NCBI GenBank assembly: GCA_028534125.1
Contig: CM052818.1
Location: forward strand, 39,558,001-39,622,000
DNA length: 64,000 bases
Direction of reading: 5' to 3'
Source of the DNA: Lama glama
Taxonomy: Eukaryota
Shown: piece by piece, positions 1 to 12,851 of the stretch
How the letters are laid out: each line of letters begins with the position of its first letter
Numbering within the stretch: position 1 is the stretch's first letter
The notes under the pieces: generated by a model
What the model saw: only the letters and a program-made list of their open reading frames with translations
What the model was told of the DNA's origin: nothing
Databases searched by the model: none
Made by a program: the position numbers and the translations under genes

Positions 1-194
1 CTGGTTGCAGATATAAGTGCTAAGATATACTTTTCTAAGTGTGAGTTATAAATTCTTTAGTATGCAAAGATACAATTGGTTTATTGCATTGTCTATTATA
101 GCAAAAACAATTTTAAGTGCTCATAATACAGGCCTGTTTATATAAGCTAGGTTTCATCTTTACAAATGACTACTATGTAGTTATAAAAAAGAAT

Positions 195-380
195 CCACAG
201 AAAAATTCCAATTAATACATGTAGAAGAAACAAGGGAAATAGAACATATCCTTTAGAACATCACAGTGATATTTGCTGCAGGCAAGATACAGATTAATGC
301 TAAAGTGGATGAAACTTTAAGGAGAAACAGGATTTTTCATCACCTCAAGTTATCTCTCAAAATATTTGTTAACTTACTGT
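195..380 (+). mobile_element. Old L1 (L1MC/L1MD-like) 3' UTR fragment
   Basis: Resembles L1MC/MD 3'UTR text (gaaaaattccaattaat...gctgcaggcaagat...ggatgaaactttaaggagaaacaggat); boundaries approximate. Confidence 0.5.
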
Positions 381-509
381 GGTGCTCACAATTTAAGAAA
401 TGAGCATAGACTAAATGAAAAAATTGTGACATTACAAATGGACAAAAGGAGACTTGAGCAAATGGCAAGATATGATACAAAATTACAAGGATCCCAGTTA
501 CTCATAAAT

Positions 510-2180
510 AAGATTGCTATGTCTTCTTGTTGGGATGACCCCTTTATTATTAAACACTGTCCCATTCTGTCCCTGGTAATTATCTTTGCTCTAATGTCTA
601 CTTGACCTGATGGTAATATAGCCACTCCTGCTTTCTTTTGACTTAGATTTGCATAGTGTATCTTTTTCTATCCTTTTAATTTCAACCTACCTATATCATT
701 ATATGTGAAGTGAGTTTATTGTAGATAGTACCTGGTTGGATATGTTTTTTTAGCCACTCTGCTGATCTTTGTCTGTTAGTTGGTGTGTTTAGACCATTTA
801 CGCTTAATGTGATTATATGTTAAGGATTAAGTTGGACGTTTTATATTTTTTGCCTTCTGTTTGTTCCTCTATATTTCATTTCTCTGTTTTTTTCCCTTCT
901 TGTGGGTTAAACTTATTTTTAGAATTTTATTTTGATATAATTGTGGTGTGTATGAATATATCTTTTTGAATAAAATTTTTAGTGGTTGTTGAAGTCATTA
1001 AATATGCATAAATAACATGACAATCTACCAGTTTGAGTTAAGTATAGACACCTTTTCTTTCTTTAAGTCTCTACCACACCTCTTCCCCAACTTAACATTA
1101 TCTTAAATGTTTCTTCTATATACTTTGAGAACCACATCAGACAATGTTTGGAAAACTTAAGAGAAAGAAAGTCTGGTATTTACCAATATTTTTGCTCTTT
1201 CCATTGTTCGTTCTTCCTTCCTTCCTGATGTTCTAAGATTCCCTTTTTAAAGTCATTTTCTTTCTGTTTAGAGAAATTCTGTTAACCATTCTTACAGGAT
1301 AGACTGCTAGTAACAGACGCTCTTAGTTTTCCCTCACTTAGCTGAGAATGTCTTGATTTCCTTTTGTGTCTGAGAGAGAAATTTGCAGGCTATAGAATTT
1401 GGAGTTGACAGTTCTTTCCTTTCAGGGCTTGAAAGATGTTTCTTCACTTTCTTCAGGACTTCATGATTTCTGATGAGGAATCCATTGTCAATTGAATTGT
1501 TTTACCATATAGATAAGGTGTTGCTTTTCTCTCATTGCTTTTGAAGTATTTTCTTTGCCTTTAATTTGAGAAGTTTTATTATAATGTGTCTTGGTGTGGA
1601 TTGCTTTGAGTTTATCTTATTTGGAGTTTCTCAAAATCTGGAATCTGGAAGTTTTACATCTTTTGCCAAATTTGGGAAATTTTCAGCATTATTATTTTTT
1701 TAGTACTTTTTACCAAACTCCTTTTTCCTTTCCTGTTGAGATTCTGAAAATAGAAATATGAGACCTTCTGTTCTTGTCCACATGCTCCTGAGGCTCTGTT
1801 AATTTTTTCAGCCTGGTTCCTCTAGTCGTTTAGATTGGGTAATTTCTACTGTTCTGTCTTTAAGTTCACTGATTCTTTCCTCTGATTTTTGCCATTCTGC
1901 TTTTGAGACCATCCACTGAGTTTTTGTTTTGGCTATCATATTCTTCAGTTCTAAAATATCCAGTTGGTATAAAATATATTTTATATATTTTATTTCTTGG
2001 TGAGACTTACTGTTTTTTCATTTCTTATGAGTGGGCTCATTGAAGTATTTTCATGATGGTTACTTTAAAATACTTTTTAGATAATTCCAACATCTTTGTC
2101 ATGTTGGTTTTGGCATCTGTTGATTGTCTTTACTTACTCAAGTCGAAATTTTTCTGGTTTTGGTATGCTGAATGTTTTTT
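510..2180 (-). mobile_element. Old L1 (L1M4/L1MD-like): degraded ORF1, inter-ORF region and start of ORF2
   Basis: T-rich antisense L1 text, e.g. aatatagccactcctgctttcttttg (ORF2 endonuclease region) and gatttctgatgaggaatcc...gtgtcttggtgtgga (ORF1); continues after the 2181-2793 insert. Confidence 0.8.
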
Positions 2181-2182
2181 TT

Positions 2183-2463
2183 AACTAAAAATATTGTATT
2201 GCTAAAAATGCCGAAACAATTACAGTTGTAACATCAAAGATCACTGATCGCAGATCACCTTAACAAATATAATAATGAAAAAGTTTAAAATATTGCAAGA
2301 ATTACCAAAATGTGACACAGAAACATGAAGTGAGCAAATGCTGCTGGGAAAATGGGGCCAGTAGACTTGCTTGCTGCAGGGTTGCCGCAAACCTTCAATT
2401 TGTTAAAAATGCAATATCTGTGAAGCGCAGTAAAGCAAAATGCAGTAAAACGAGATGTGCCTG
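2183..2463 (-). mobile_element. Tigger1-derived internally deleted DNA transposon (Tigger1a-like), one end missing
   Basis: Terminus ...gcagtaaaacgagatgtgcctg followed by TA at 2464-2465; body matches Tigger1 text (cagggttgccgcaaaccttcaatttg); the other TIR is absent and replaced by a T-run. Confidence 0.85.
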
Positions 2464-2465
2464 TA

Positions 2466-2793
2466 CCCAGGAAATGACATCATCTGTACTTGGCTGTAAT
2501 TTAAATGAGGAGGTCCTGGACTTTAAGCGGATTCTGTAATAAAATATGACTGTAGGGGATCTTGGGAGCGGGGTGAGTCCATTTTGCATATGAGAAAGAT
2601 GTAAATTGTGGTGACCAGAAGATGAACCATGGTAAATAGTATCCAGAGATGTCTCCCACCAATTACTTTCCTCTCTGTATATGCTGCCCTTCATATCAAG
2701 AGGTGGGGTCAAGATTACTCTCTTTTTGAATCTGGGTTGGACTCAGTGACCTGTCTGACCAATAGAATGTCACAGAAGAGATGTTCTGGGACT
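2466..2793 (+). mobile_element. MaLR MLT1 internal 3' end plus start of LTR (MLT1E/F-like), truncated
   Basis: ggggtgagtccattttgcatatg (end of MLT-int) then atcaagaggtgg...tgaatctgggttgg...gaccaatagaatg (LTR 5' part). Confidence 0.7.
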
Positions 2794-3850
2794 TGCTGAA
2801 TGATTTTTGATTGTATCCTGGACATTTTTGGTTTTATGAGGATCTAGATTTTATTTAAGTCTATTTTAGAAAACTTTGACATTACACAACAAGGGGAGTG
2901 AGGGTCCTGCCTCATTACTGCCAGGTGGATGTGGAAGTCCTAACTCCCTACTTGGCCTCCACTGACACCCTGGAATGGGGATGTGGGTGAGGGTGAGAGT
3001 GAGGGGAGGGCAACTTGTTCCTCCTTGGGTAGGAGTGGGAATTCAGGTTCCGCTCTGTGCCTCTGTTGATACCACCCTAGTTAGGAGGAAAGGGGTCCTT
3101 GTTTCTGATCCCCATGGCCTCCACTGACACCACACACAGGTGAGGAGTCCTTGTTTTCACAGGATAGTGTTGAAAGTCCTGACCCTCCTCTAGACCGGAT
3201 GGGAAGGGACACCTCGTTACCTTTTGTTGGGGTAGAAGTTCAGGATTCCCACATGGCTCTCACTGATTCCTTGGGGAAGGGGCTCGTTACAGCCAGGCAT
3301 GGATGAAAATCCTGCTTCCTACTTGGTCTTCTCTGATACCACACTTGCAGTGTGGTCATGTTGGTGGAAGACTGGGGCTCCACATTACATCCCGGTGAAG
3401 GTCTAGGCTCCCCACTCAGCCTCTGCTGATGGGGGTGAAGGTGCAGTCATGTTTTTTTCCGTGGTGTTTCTCTGGGGTGGGGAGGTTATTGTCTACACAC
3501 TTCTGTCCTGCTAGGTTGTTTTCCTGTCCCTTTCTCTAGAGAGACTTGACTTTGGGGGCTTTCTTTTTTGGTTTGTTCTCATTGATGTTTCTGGGTTGTT
3601 GGCTTCTCCAGCACCCAGGCTGGGGTATATGAGTCAAAAAGAAACCCCAGGGGACTCGCTGTCGTGGTGTTCCTTGGGTTTCAAGTTCCTTAGCCAGTCT
3701 GAATTCTTCTCTCCACCTTTCAGAGTTCTTTTGTTTGTTATTATGTGTAATGCTCAGGGTTTTTATCAGGAGGCATAGAAGAAACATTTTAGCAGGACTG
3801 AAAAGGAGGGATTTTTTTTTTAACAGAAGAAATAGGAAAAAGTGCTCTTA
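2794..3850 (-). mobile_element. Continuation of the old L1: 5' UTR with degenerate repeated subunits
   Basis: Resumes with gatttttgattgtatcctggacattt; recurrent ggcctccactgacacc / ctctg(tt)gataccac motifs near 2955, 3061, 3116 and 3331. Confidence 0.65.
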
Positions 3851-4149
3851 CTCCATGTTGGTGTGAAACTGAACTGCTTCCTTCCAATTTTTGTACCTAA
3901 TATTTTTTCTGTGAATACCTGTGTTACAGTGTGACACTGTGGTAATGATGGGGGTAGGCAGTATCCTGCATTATTCTTGGCTTCAGAAGGATAGTCTCTA
4001 GTGTTTAATCCATTGAGCTTTTGTTAAGAACTAGCATCTTTTCCTTTCTTAATTGGTGTTTTTTTTTTTAAAAAAGTCAAGAATCACTGCTGATTTTTGT
4101 CAAATTTTTTTTTGTTTTGGTATCTATGGAGATAATTAGGAGGATGCAT

Positions 4150-4290
4150 TCATTCCCATTTTACAGATAAGACAGCTGAGACTTGAGGAAGTGGAATTAC
4201 CTGCCCGACATCACACAGCTTGGGTGTGTTAGAACCTGGACTCCACCCCAGCTCTGCCTGGCTTCAGGGTCCACAGATGTTACAGCTTGA
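4150..4290 (-). mobile_element. MIR SINE
   Basis: cccattttacagataag...ctgagac...cacacagct core. Confidence 0.75.
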
Positions 4291-4841
4291 TGCCTGTGAC
4301 ACAGAAAGGGCAGTTGCCAAGTGCCTTTGTGGACACAGCTCAGCAGTTCATAGAGTGCAAGACTGTGGCGCTGTGTGATAGCGCAGGTTATTTTCCGTCT
4401 TGAACCTACAGAGGTTCAACATAAGGCTTTCGTCATGCTACTCCCGTACAGCTTGCTTTTAATTTATCTGCTCAGGAAGTCTCCATTTTCACATAGTGTT
4501 TGATTTCCAGTAGAAACCTATTCTGGTATCATTTGCTGGCCTGTCCGATTAGGGCCTGTCAGAGTCCAGTGGTTTTCCGCAGGCCATCTAATGCAAGTGA
4601 GTCAGAAGCCGTGGCTGCTGAATCATAAATTCAGAGTCCACAGGGCTCCTGATTCCTGAGCGCGGCCACCAGGCCACCTTCCTTGCTGAGTGTGACAAAG
4701 TACTGACTGCTCAATGGGAAACATATTGCAGAGAAGCCAACACAGAGGTGAAAAATAGACTTGGGGCTTTCTGAAGAGGAGATCTTATTTAAAGGCATGA
4801 ACATGCTATCGGTCTCTTAGGCAATAAGACAATTTTTTAGG

Positions 4842-5075
4842 TAGTGCTTCTCAGCGGGGGTGCCAGGGCATGCTGAATTGCTACAGATGGATCACAGATG
4901 TGTCTGGGGTGTGGCTCGCCTTAATTTCTGAGGGCAGCCACGCAGGTCCTGGGGCCCTCCAGAGCTGTGGCTTAGTTACCTCTTGCTGTGAGCAGTATTG
5001 TCCATTTACCCCTGGGGAGCCATGCAAAAGGTATTTTTTCTGTGTACCAAGAAAAGAAAATGGTTGGGGGACACT
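4842..5075. mobile_element. hAT-Charlie MITE (subfamily uncertain)
   Basis: Imperfect TIRs tagtgcttctcagc ... ggttgggggacacta about 230 bp apart. Confidence 0.45.
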
Positions 5076-6109
5076 ATTTTAGGTGATGTCTACAGAGTCA
5101 GCTACCATACTGGGAACTTGATAAGCTCCAGGTGCCTGACCCTGTGCTAAGCTCCAGTTCAATTAGGACCATAGTGCTTTCTCAGAATATGGCTCTTCTT
5201 ATCAAGAAGATGAAGAGGGCTGGAGGGTGGGATGAGTCTCTGTGAAGGCATGAGGGGTGTGGATAGCATTACCATGTCTTTGTTCACCAAATTGTGGAAT
5301 TCTGGAATGCAGGGGTTGGGGGTATCACCTGAAGCTGGGAAAGGTAAGTTGGTGAAAAGTTCAGAAATCCAGTTAATTTAATGGTATTAAAAGTTAAGAA
5401 ATGAAAATACCTTCAAACTGAAAAGATAAAGACCCCCAAATTTTCTATAGGGTCAAGATCAACTATTCTGTTGTGTTTCCAAGGGGCATTAGGGTGCCAC
5501 CCTTACCTTTTGTGGTTGATAACGGGTGGACCGCAAGGTCCATTTCAAGAGTCTTTGGCTCCGTAGTCAAGGATGCAGTGTGTGCCTCTGGGGGCATCTC
5601 TGCTGTCTTCAGTTCTGCTGTGTCCTCTTTCCCCTTTTGAGCCCCACGGAAGCCCCTTGCTTTACGAGCCATCCCCAGGGCCCGGAGCCAGGGCAGCTGT
5701 ACTGACCTACCCAGGGAGCTGAGAGCAGAGGGGGGGTTCGGAAATGAGCTTTTTGAGAAGCCAATGGAGAAATAGGTTTGTTGCCTGTTGAACATCTGAT
5801 ATTTTTGGTTATTAGTGGAACTTCCTGTCTCATATTTGGGTTCCTTGGGCGTAGGTAAAGAGGTTTACTGTAATTATGAGAGCACACAGGAGGTGGAGAG
5901 GAGCCTGAGGGGGACAAGAGCAGGAGGATGCAGAGGCTTTGAGGATGCCTGACAGTGCACGTCCAACTGGGGCTGGAGGCAGAAGGGTGGGCAGAGGGGC
6001 GTGGCAATCTCCAGAGGTTATTTATTTTTATGGTTGCTGCAGCAGTGGCTTTTGTATTATTATTATTATCATTGTATATTATGATTATGATGATGATGAT
6101 ATCACTTGT

Positions 6110-6305
6110 TTATGGCTGATTATAAATGAAGCCTTATGTGGAATACATCACATGCATTATCTTAGTCTTTATAGCAACCTTGCAGTTTTGGTCTCATTGT
6201 TCAGACAAGGAAATTGAAAGAAGAGACAGGTAAACTAGAGACACACAGCCCTTTAATGGCAGAAGGAGAACTTAAACCCTGCCTGCCTTCAAGGTCCTTG
6301 CACTT
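6110..6305 (-). mobile_element. MIR SINE preceded by (ATT/GAT)n low-complexity tract (6055-6102)
   Basis: ctcattgttcagacaaggaaattga...acacagc...cttaaaccctg. Confidence 0.55.
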
Positions 6306-8979
6306 TTCACCTCACTGTGCTGCCTTCTTGATTAGGCAAAACTTCCAGGTCAGAGGTTGAAGGAGCAGTGGAGCAGTCTGACAGAAGGGGCTGAGACGAC
6401 AGGAAGTGAGGATGCCAGGTCTGGGGTGGGTGCTGGGATACTGAAGACGGGGTGAGAGAGCTCTTAGCTGGGGATTTGGAAGACTCAGTGTGTGGGTTGA
6501 AGCCAGGAGAATGAAGGAAGGGTGTGAAGAGTGAGAAGAGCAGTGGGTCAAAGAGTAGTTTGAAAAATAAAAGAAGGTGATGGATGTGCAGAAGAGGAGG
6601 AGTCCAAGGAGGGCAGGGGAGGGGGCCTCTGGGAAAGAGCAGCCAGAGTAGTGGGAGGAGAAGGAGGAAGGAGGCAGAGTGTATGTGGTGCAAGGAGGTG
6701 GGAAGAGCTTGGGGCATCTTGGCTTTCACTGTCTGGTCAGGTGGCTGAAGCCGCCCTCAAGGCAGAAGCTGCTTCGGATGCCAGTGAACAAAAACTGCAT
6801 ATGAGCATCTTGCTGTCATTCCAGGAGCAGAGAGCAGACCAGACCTCAAAGCCAACACTCCCTTCTCCCCACAGACAGGTGAGCTCCATCCAGCTTGCTC
6901 CAAGGGTCGTTTCTACTGTTTGTTCACACTTAGAATCCTCTTGCTAAATCTCTGCAAAGCACTTGGCTGATGCCGGTCAACACTGTGCAAAGCACCGATC
7001 CAAGGCTAATGCCACTCTTCAGAGCTCCAAGTATGTAATTGAGTCTAGGAGGGGTTCTGCTCCTGCTCGTCATCAACACCTCTGGACTCAAGATCAGTTG
7101 AACTGTTTGCCTCTCTTCTTGTAGTTTTTACAGCCCCCTGGAGTCTGTGGGTTTGGGTTTGTTTAACTGAATGCTTTGATGAGTGTCAGATCCTTCCTGC
7201 TGTTTTTGACACCTTCAAGATATCTTGAAGATGTTGTACAGGCAAATCCCATTTTATTTTGGACTACACTCTGGGTTGGTATTGTTAGGAGAGGTGTCCT
7301 GGGAATATTTTGGATATTTTGGAAATTTTGTATTCTTTTAAGACACTGTAATAGCCCTGAGAAGAAGGGTGAAAGGTCCCCTCTGGATACTTTCCCAGTT
7401 GCATTCTTGGGAAGGGTCATTCATCCTTACTTAGAAAGCAGTCACACTGCTGGCAAACATACGGGATCCTGAGCGCTTACAGAAAGGGAATCTCTTAATA
7501 GACTTAGCCAGGCTTAGTGGGTTATCAGTGAGGATTAGGCAATGTTCTGCATGGAGGTGGGAAATTGGAGGAGAAAGAAGTAGGAGGAAGAGAAGAGGAG
7601 AAAGTGGGAGGCAGAACAAAGAGGCGGACATTTCATTTCAACAGCCAAGGATTTGCAAACTGGAAACAGTGACCCCGAAGTGCACATCAGAACTGTTGGC
7701 TCACAAGAGAGGTGTGGCAGGACCCTTTCTTCTCTTTCCCAGTCACCTCTGACATTGTTTGACTCATCTTTCTGGAAATAGTCCTAGCTGTACCTCTGAA
7801 CCCTTGAATGCTTTCCAAGCTCATTGAAATGCACAAAATGAAAATTATTCATCTGTTTGGAGATTATACAAAGCTGAGAATGCTGTCAGAAGTAAATGGA
7901 TACAGTTACACAATCAGACAGATCCATTACGAGAAAAGGAAAGCTTTGCTAGTAACATCCCCAGGGGCCAAGTGCTGAAGACAGGTAAAGGGAGGTGGAG
8001 TCATTGCTGGTCCTCCTCAGGGTGGAGAGGCAGGTGCCCTGAGCAGATGCTTGAGAGGACTCGCATCCATCAAGGCAAGAGACCCAGAGCTGGATGCTGG
8101 CCACCCAGCTGGTCGCGTGGAATCTGCAGAGATGACTCAGGGTGTGTAAAATCAAAAGCAATGGAGAGAGAGCAGACAGAAGAGCGCCAGCTTGCTCTTG
8201 GACCAGGACTGGGCTGGGTTGCTCAGGGTCAGGGCATTGGATAGTGAGTCAGAATCTTGGGACCTCTCTTCCTGTTTCTGCAAGGATCAAAGAAGTGATG
8301 ATCTGTCTTACTCGAGCCACTTAACAGACTTCTCTTTACAAAAGAGAACTTGTAAATCTTTCTCCAAAGCATGAGTAAATGAATCTGTGTATTTTCCAGG
8401 AAAATAACTGCTGAAAAGAACTGTATTGTTATTACTTAAGAGCAGGACCAGCTTTGCCACAGGGAGCTCAGTGGTGCTCTGTGTGGTATGGTTGGAGATG
8501 CTGGAAGGGTCTCTATAAGAGAATCTTTCTCACTGTGCTAGGAATTTCACTACTGCTGTTCATTCCTTTGGGCTAAACATTACTGTCTCTCACCACCTGT
8601 CTTAAAATACAACATCTGGGGGAAGGGGTGACACCAGAATGGCTACAGGGTACAAATGAGACGTGCTCTGTCCTGGGCAGCATGAGAGTTCTGGATACTT
8701 GAAAGTGAAAAGGAGGAAGGTAATGGAATGAAGAGGAAGAAGCATATGTAAAGGAAGAGGGGGGTGCCTGCATGCTGCCTTCTTTCTGGAAGTCTTTAGA
8801 GAATTAAAAGCCCTAAACTCCAAAAGGTACTTTATGACATGTGGAATAAAAAAAAAAACTGTGGTCACTTTGATCCCAGAGATATTTCTTCTCTTTTTAA
8901 GCTTCTTATCTCGTTTCAGGATTTTGGAGTACATAGACTCGTGGGCTTTCAGAGTTGGTGACAGTGTCGTGTTCTGGGT

Positions 8980-9195
8980 TAAGCGTGGAGTCAGCAGCCG
9001 GAGACTCTCGCTTGACATCTCTGTGTGTCTCTGGTCATATTATTTAACCACTGAGCTTCTGGTTTCTTATTTATAAAGTGGGGATAACAATACCTACTTC
9101 CCAGATTTTCCTTGAGGTTAGAATGGAAATACCACACAGCAGAAGGCAGAAGGCTTAGCACAGTCCCTGGAGAATTTACAAAGAACCTGGTAAAA
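8980..9195 (+). mobile_element. MIR SINE
   Basis: tttaaccactgagcttctggtttcttatttataaagtggggataacaatacctac. Confidence 0.75.
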
Positions 9196-9269
9196 TGCAG
9201 GTTCTTCCCTGCTGTACAGGAACCCTCTCTTCGGCTCCCAAACTTCCCTGGTCTGTTTGAGAACTAGGG

Positions 9270-9595
9270 TGAGAGGGCCAGCGAGCTCATTCCTGCATGA
9301 GGCAGCTTTCTTCACTTCTGGGCAGTTGTGATGTTTGGGAAATTCTTTTCTGCGTCAGTTATCTGCCTTTCTGTACCTTCTGCTTGTAAACTGTAGTTTT
9401 ACCACTTGGATCCTTTCAGCCTACCTCTTAGAATTCCCTTAGCTTCTGCCGTGATCATCGTAAGGTCTTCTGAAGACAGTGATGACGTGTTCTTGAGGTT
9501 TTAACTTTTCAAGGCTAAAAAGCTCTATTTCTGTTAAGCCTTATTCGTCTACCATGGTTTTGAGCCTCAACAATCTTGCCTCCCCTGGACTACAG
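9270..9595 (-). mobile_element. CR1/L3 LINE fragment
   Basis: gagctcatt...gaggcagc...tgggcagttg...ggaaattctt and ttcaaggctaaa...catggttttgagcc motifs typical of antisense L3. Confidence 0.5.
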
Positions 9596-10559
9596 GGGAT
9601 TTTTTTTTTAATCAGTTTGCAACTTACATGATTCATGGATTTGGTATTTATAATTGTGTGCACTTTACCAACTGAATCCGTGAGTTCAGGGTTAGTGTGA
9701 ACCCTGAGGGCCTATGTATCGAGACACAGCACCAAGGGACTGTGTTGGTTACTGTCACCTGCCTCCTGAAGCGGCTGTTCCCAGCTTGCCTCCAGCTCTG
9801 GTTGCACTGGGTCCTCCAGCTCTGCTGGGACATCTACTTCAGTGCTTCTCTTTATGCGGCTAAGAAATCTCCAATCCAGTACAAACTGACACTTGTAAAA
9901 TGCAATGGGGGATGAATTACTGAAAAAACAAAAAACACAAATATACAAGCCATAATCTTTTACTGTTAAATTCCACAGATGTAAAATTATGTTTCAATAA
10001 ATGTCATCAAAACAGATATAGGAGAAATAAAAACTGTACATGTTTATTACAGGTGTGCATTTAGGTGAGAAATATAAAGAATAGCTTTTACACTAGCAAA
10101 TATTTGCCATTCTGTAGTAGGACAGTAAGTTGTGAGGACAATAGAGAGTTCATATATTAAATACCTATACATGTAGTCTGGACTTTTATTTAATTATTTA
10201 ACTTTTACTCAAAATGAACCCCAGGAATACTGTGTTTGAAAAATGTATCTTCAACTTCTCATCAATTTGCAACAATTTTATCCTGAAAGTTACAGGTAAA
10301 TTGAATAATCTTTAATTAATGAATGCATTCGATTCTAGATTGTATAGTACTTTCAGGGTGACAGACGAATGCTGAGATATCCACATTGTAACATGGCCCT
10401 AGTGCATGACTTAGACCCAGCTCAGGCCGCATTTGACTCACCAGAAGAGTTTGACAAAAACCAGTCTCTACCCTGGTCAACCAGATGCGTCCATGCTTGG
10501 ATGTTGCAGCAACAGCCAATTACTTCAGATGTTTCCAAATGCTCTCTCTCTTTCTGTAA

Positions 10560-10930
10560 GTACCTCATCACCAGGCAGTAGCAACAGTTCAACAACCAGT
10601 CATGGGTTTACCTTGAGCAGCACAGGGTTACCCTGTCTGTTCGTGTGGGGTAGCCACTCCCATTATTGGATTGTTCTAGTCCCTAGAAACGTTGTCCTTA
10701 CATTTCACCAAAATCTGTATCCTGTACCTCTTATCCACTGGTTTTAATTCTTTGCTTTTGAACCACTCTAAGACATTTACTTCTGTTATATATGACAGTC
10801 TGCCAGAAACTTCATAACAGATGTCGTGTATCCTTTAAATTTTCTTCTCCCCAGTAAACCAACTTTCCCTCAACCCACTCTTCATATGACATGGATTCTA
10901 GGATATTCACCTAGTCACCCTCTGGCTACT
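10560..10930 (-). mobile_element. CR1/L3 LINE fragment
   Basis: ttttcttctccccagtaaac...caacccactcttcatatgacatggattctag...gtcaccctctgg. Confidence 0.55.
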
Positions 10931-10965
10931 CTGGTGATCAGTGTCCTTCAAACACATACTGAGTA

Positions 10966-11351
10966 CAGTTGACCCTGGAACAGTGTGGGAGATAGGGGTG
11001 CTGACACCTCCCCACCATCATGCAGTCAGTCGAAAGTCACATATAACTTTCAACTCTCCTGAAGCTTAACTGCTGTTGATTGGAAACTTTACTGATAACA
11101 TAAACAGCTGATTAACATATTTTGTATATGTTTATAGACATATATTTTATGTACTCATGACATAACCTTTTCTTAATTTTTCATGACCTAACCATTTCTT
11201 AATTTTTTTCAATATTTCTAGGGCATATTGTTCATCTGCAAGGTTTTTCAAATAATTTCAAATCTCAACCAAATCCAATATATTTATTGAAAACAATTCA
11301 TGTATAAGTGGGCTTATGCAGTTCAAATCCATGTTGTTCAAGGGTTACCTG
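10966..11351. mobile_element. Tigger2-derived MITE
   Basis: TIRs cagttgaccctggaaca / tgttcaagggttacctg; TA on the left flank. Confidence 0.85.
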
Positions 11352-11729
11352 TTTTTATTTATACTCAGTAGTCTGATGGATATAGTATTTTCATTTCTGA
11401 ATGAGAAGACTTTGATAGATGGTATAAATAGACTTAGGTTCTAGCAGAAAAAAACTGTCCCCCCATCCTGCCCCAGCCTCTCTCTCTCTTTCTTTGTCTC
11501 TGTCCCCATCTCTCTCTCTCTGATTTCCAGTGCTTGAAAGTGTTTCTGATTTTTAAAAGGGACAGACTAAGCATACTTGCTCAAACTGTGAACTGGAGCC
11601 GTGCTGTCAATACGAAGGGTGCCCTGCTTTGCTTGGGGCATCTTCCTCTGCGATATCACACGAGTCTTCTTACAGTGACTTCGTATTTCACACACACTCC
11701 TACCCTTGGGCCACTAGATATGCTCTTTA

Positions 11730-11990
11730 CTCTTCATTCATTCCTTCCTTCCGCAGATACTTACTGATCTGTGTCCCATTCTCTCCCAGGGCTTGAGTGT
11801 ATAATGGTAAGCAACACAGGTATAGCTCCTGCTTTCACAGGGCTTCCCTTTAAGTAGGTAAGACACACCAACCAATCAGAGGACAGGGCGGAGTTTTCAG
11901 GTGAAGAGTGGAAAAGTGTGGGTGTGTGTGACAGGAAATCATTGCCAGCAAATGCCAGTCTCGTGGCTCGTGGGAGGGCTCTGAAGCAGA
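11730..11990 (-). mobile_element. L2 LINE 3' fragment
   Basis: tcattcattc...atacttactga...ctcctgctttcacagggctt. Confidence 0.6.
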
Positions 11991-12089
11991 AGTGTCATTC
12001 CGAAAGCAGTCCTTCTTAGACGTCTGCTGCGTGACTCAATTTCCAGCTAGGGAGCGAGCTCCTGACATGAGTGCGCAGGCGTGCCCGTG

Positions 12090-12185
12090 TCTCTCCTGTT
12101 CACCCCGACCCCCAGCACGGAGAAGAGGGCCCGGCACAGAGCTGGCTCCTAACTCCTATTTGCCAACAGAGTGAATGAGTGGATA
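12090..12185 (+). mobile_element. L2 3' end
   Basis: cccagcac...ggcacagag...ctc...tatttg...gagtgaatgagt. Confidence 0.55.
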
Positions 12186-12289
12186 AAATTCAGTTGTTAG
12201 TGCATCTGTTGCTGTACTTTGACTCCAGAGTCATGGAATTCTAACAAAGACAATGAAAATGAATTGTATTTCTTCAGAATCACTTGTAT

Positions 12290-12445
12290 ATCCTCACATG
12301 TGTCACCTCATGTACTTTTATTCTCAGATGACCTGTAGGAAACCAAGGGGCCAGAAATCATAATGGAACAAGCCCAGGGTCACCCAGAGAGTGAAATGCC
12401 ATCTGGACATGGAATCCAGACCTCCTGACATGCAGACTGCCTATG
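12290..12445 (-). mobile_element. MIR SINE
   Basis: ggaaaccaagg...gcccagggtcacccag...gaatccagacctcctgac. Confidence 0.55.
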
Positions 12446-12851
12446 ATTGTGAAATAAAACTCGAGGGCCACTTTTTTGCTTTTTATCACAGACGCAACTA
12501 TCACGGTTACAGCAGTTTGCCCAGTAACACCATGCATCTATTAGCCATAGATTTACCAAAGGCTTTTAACACAACTCTTACTGCTTTTGACATCAAAAAG
12601 CAAAAATCACAAAAAGTTTTTTTAATATTATTTAAGTTTTTTAAAAATATAAGCTATTATTAGGGAAAAGCAAAAGATCTTGTAAGCTCTAGAGGTGGAC
12701 CATCTGGGAATGCTCACCAGTGCTTTCTCCTAGGCAGGACTGGGCTAGTTCAGGTCTGTCACTCAGGGACCGATCTCTCCATGGGGGTGCAGCTCATGCC
12801 CATGGGCAGAGTTGCTTTTGTAAAGTTATTTCCTACAGTAGCAGAGGCATG

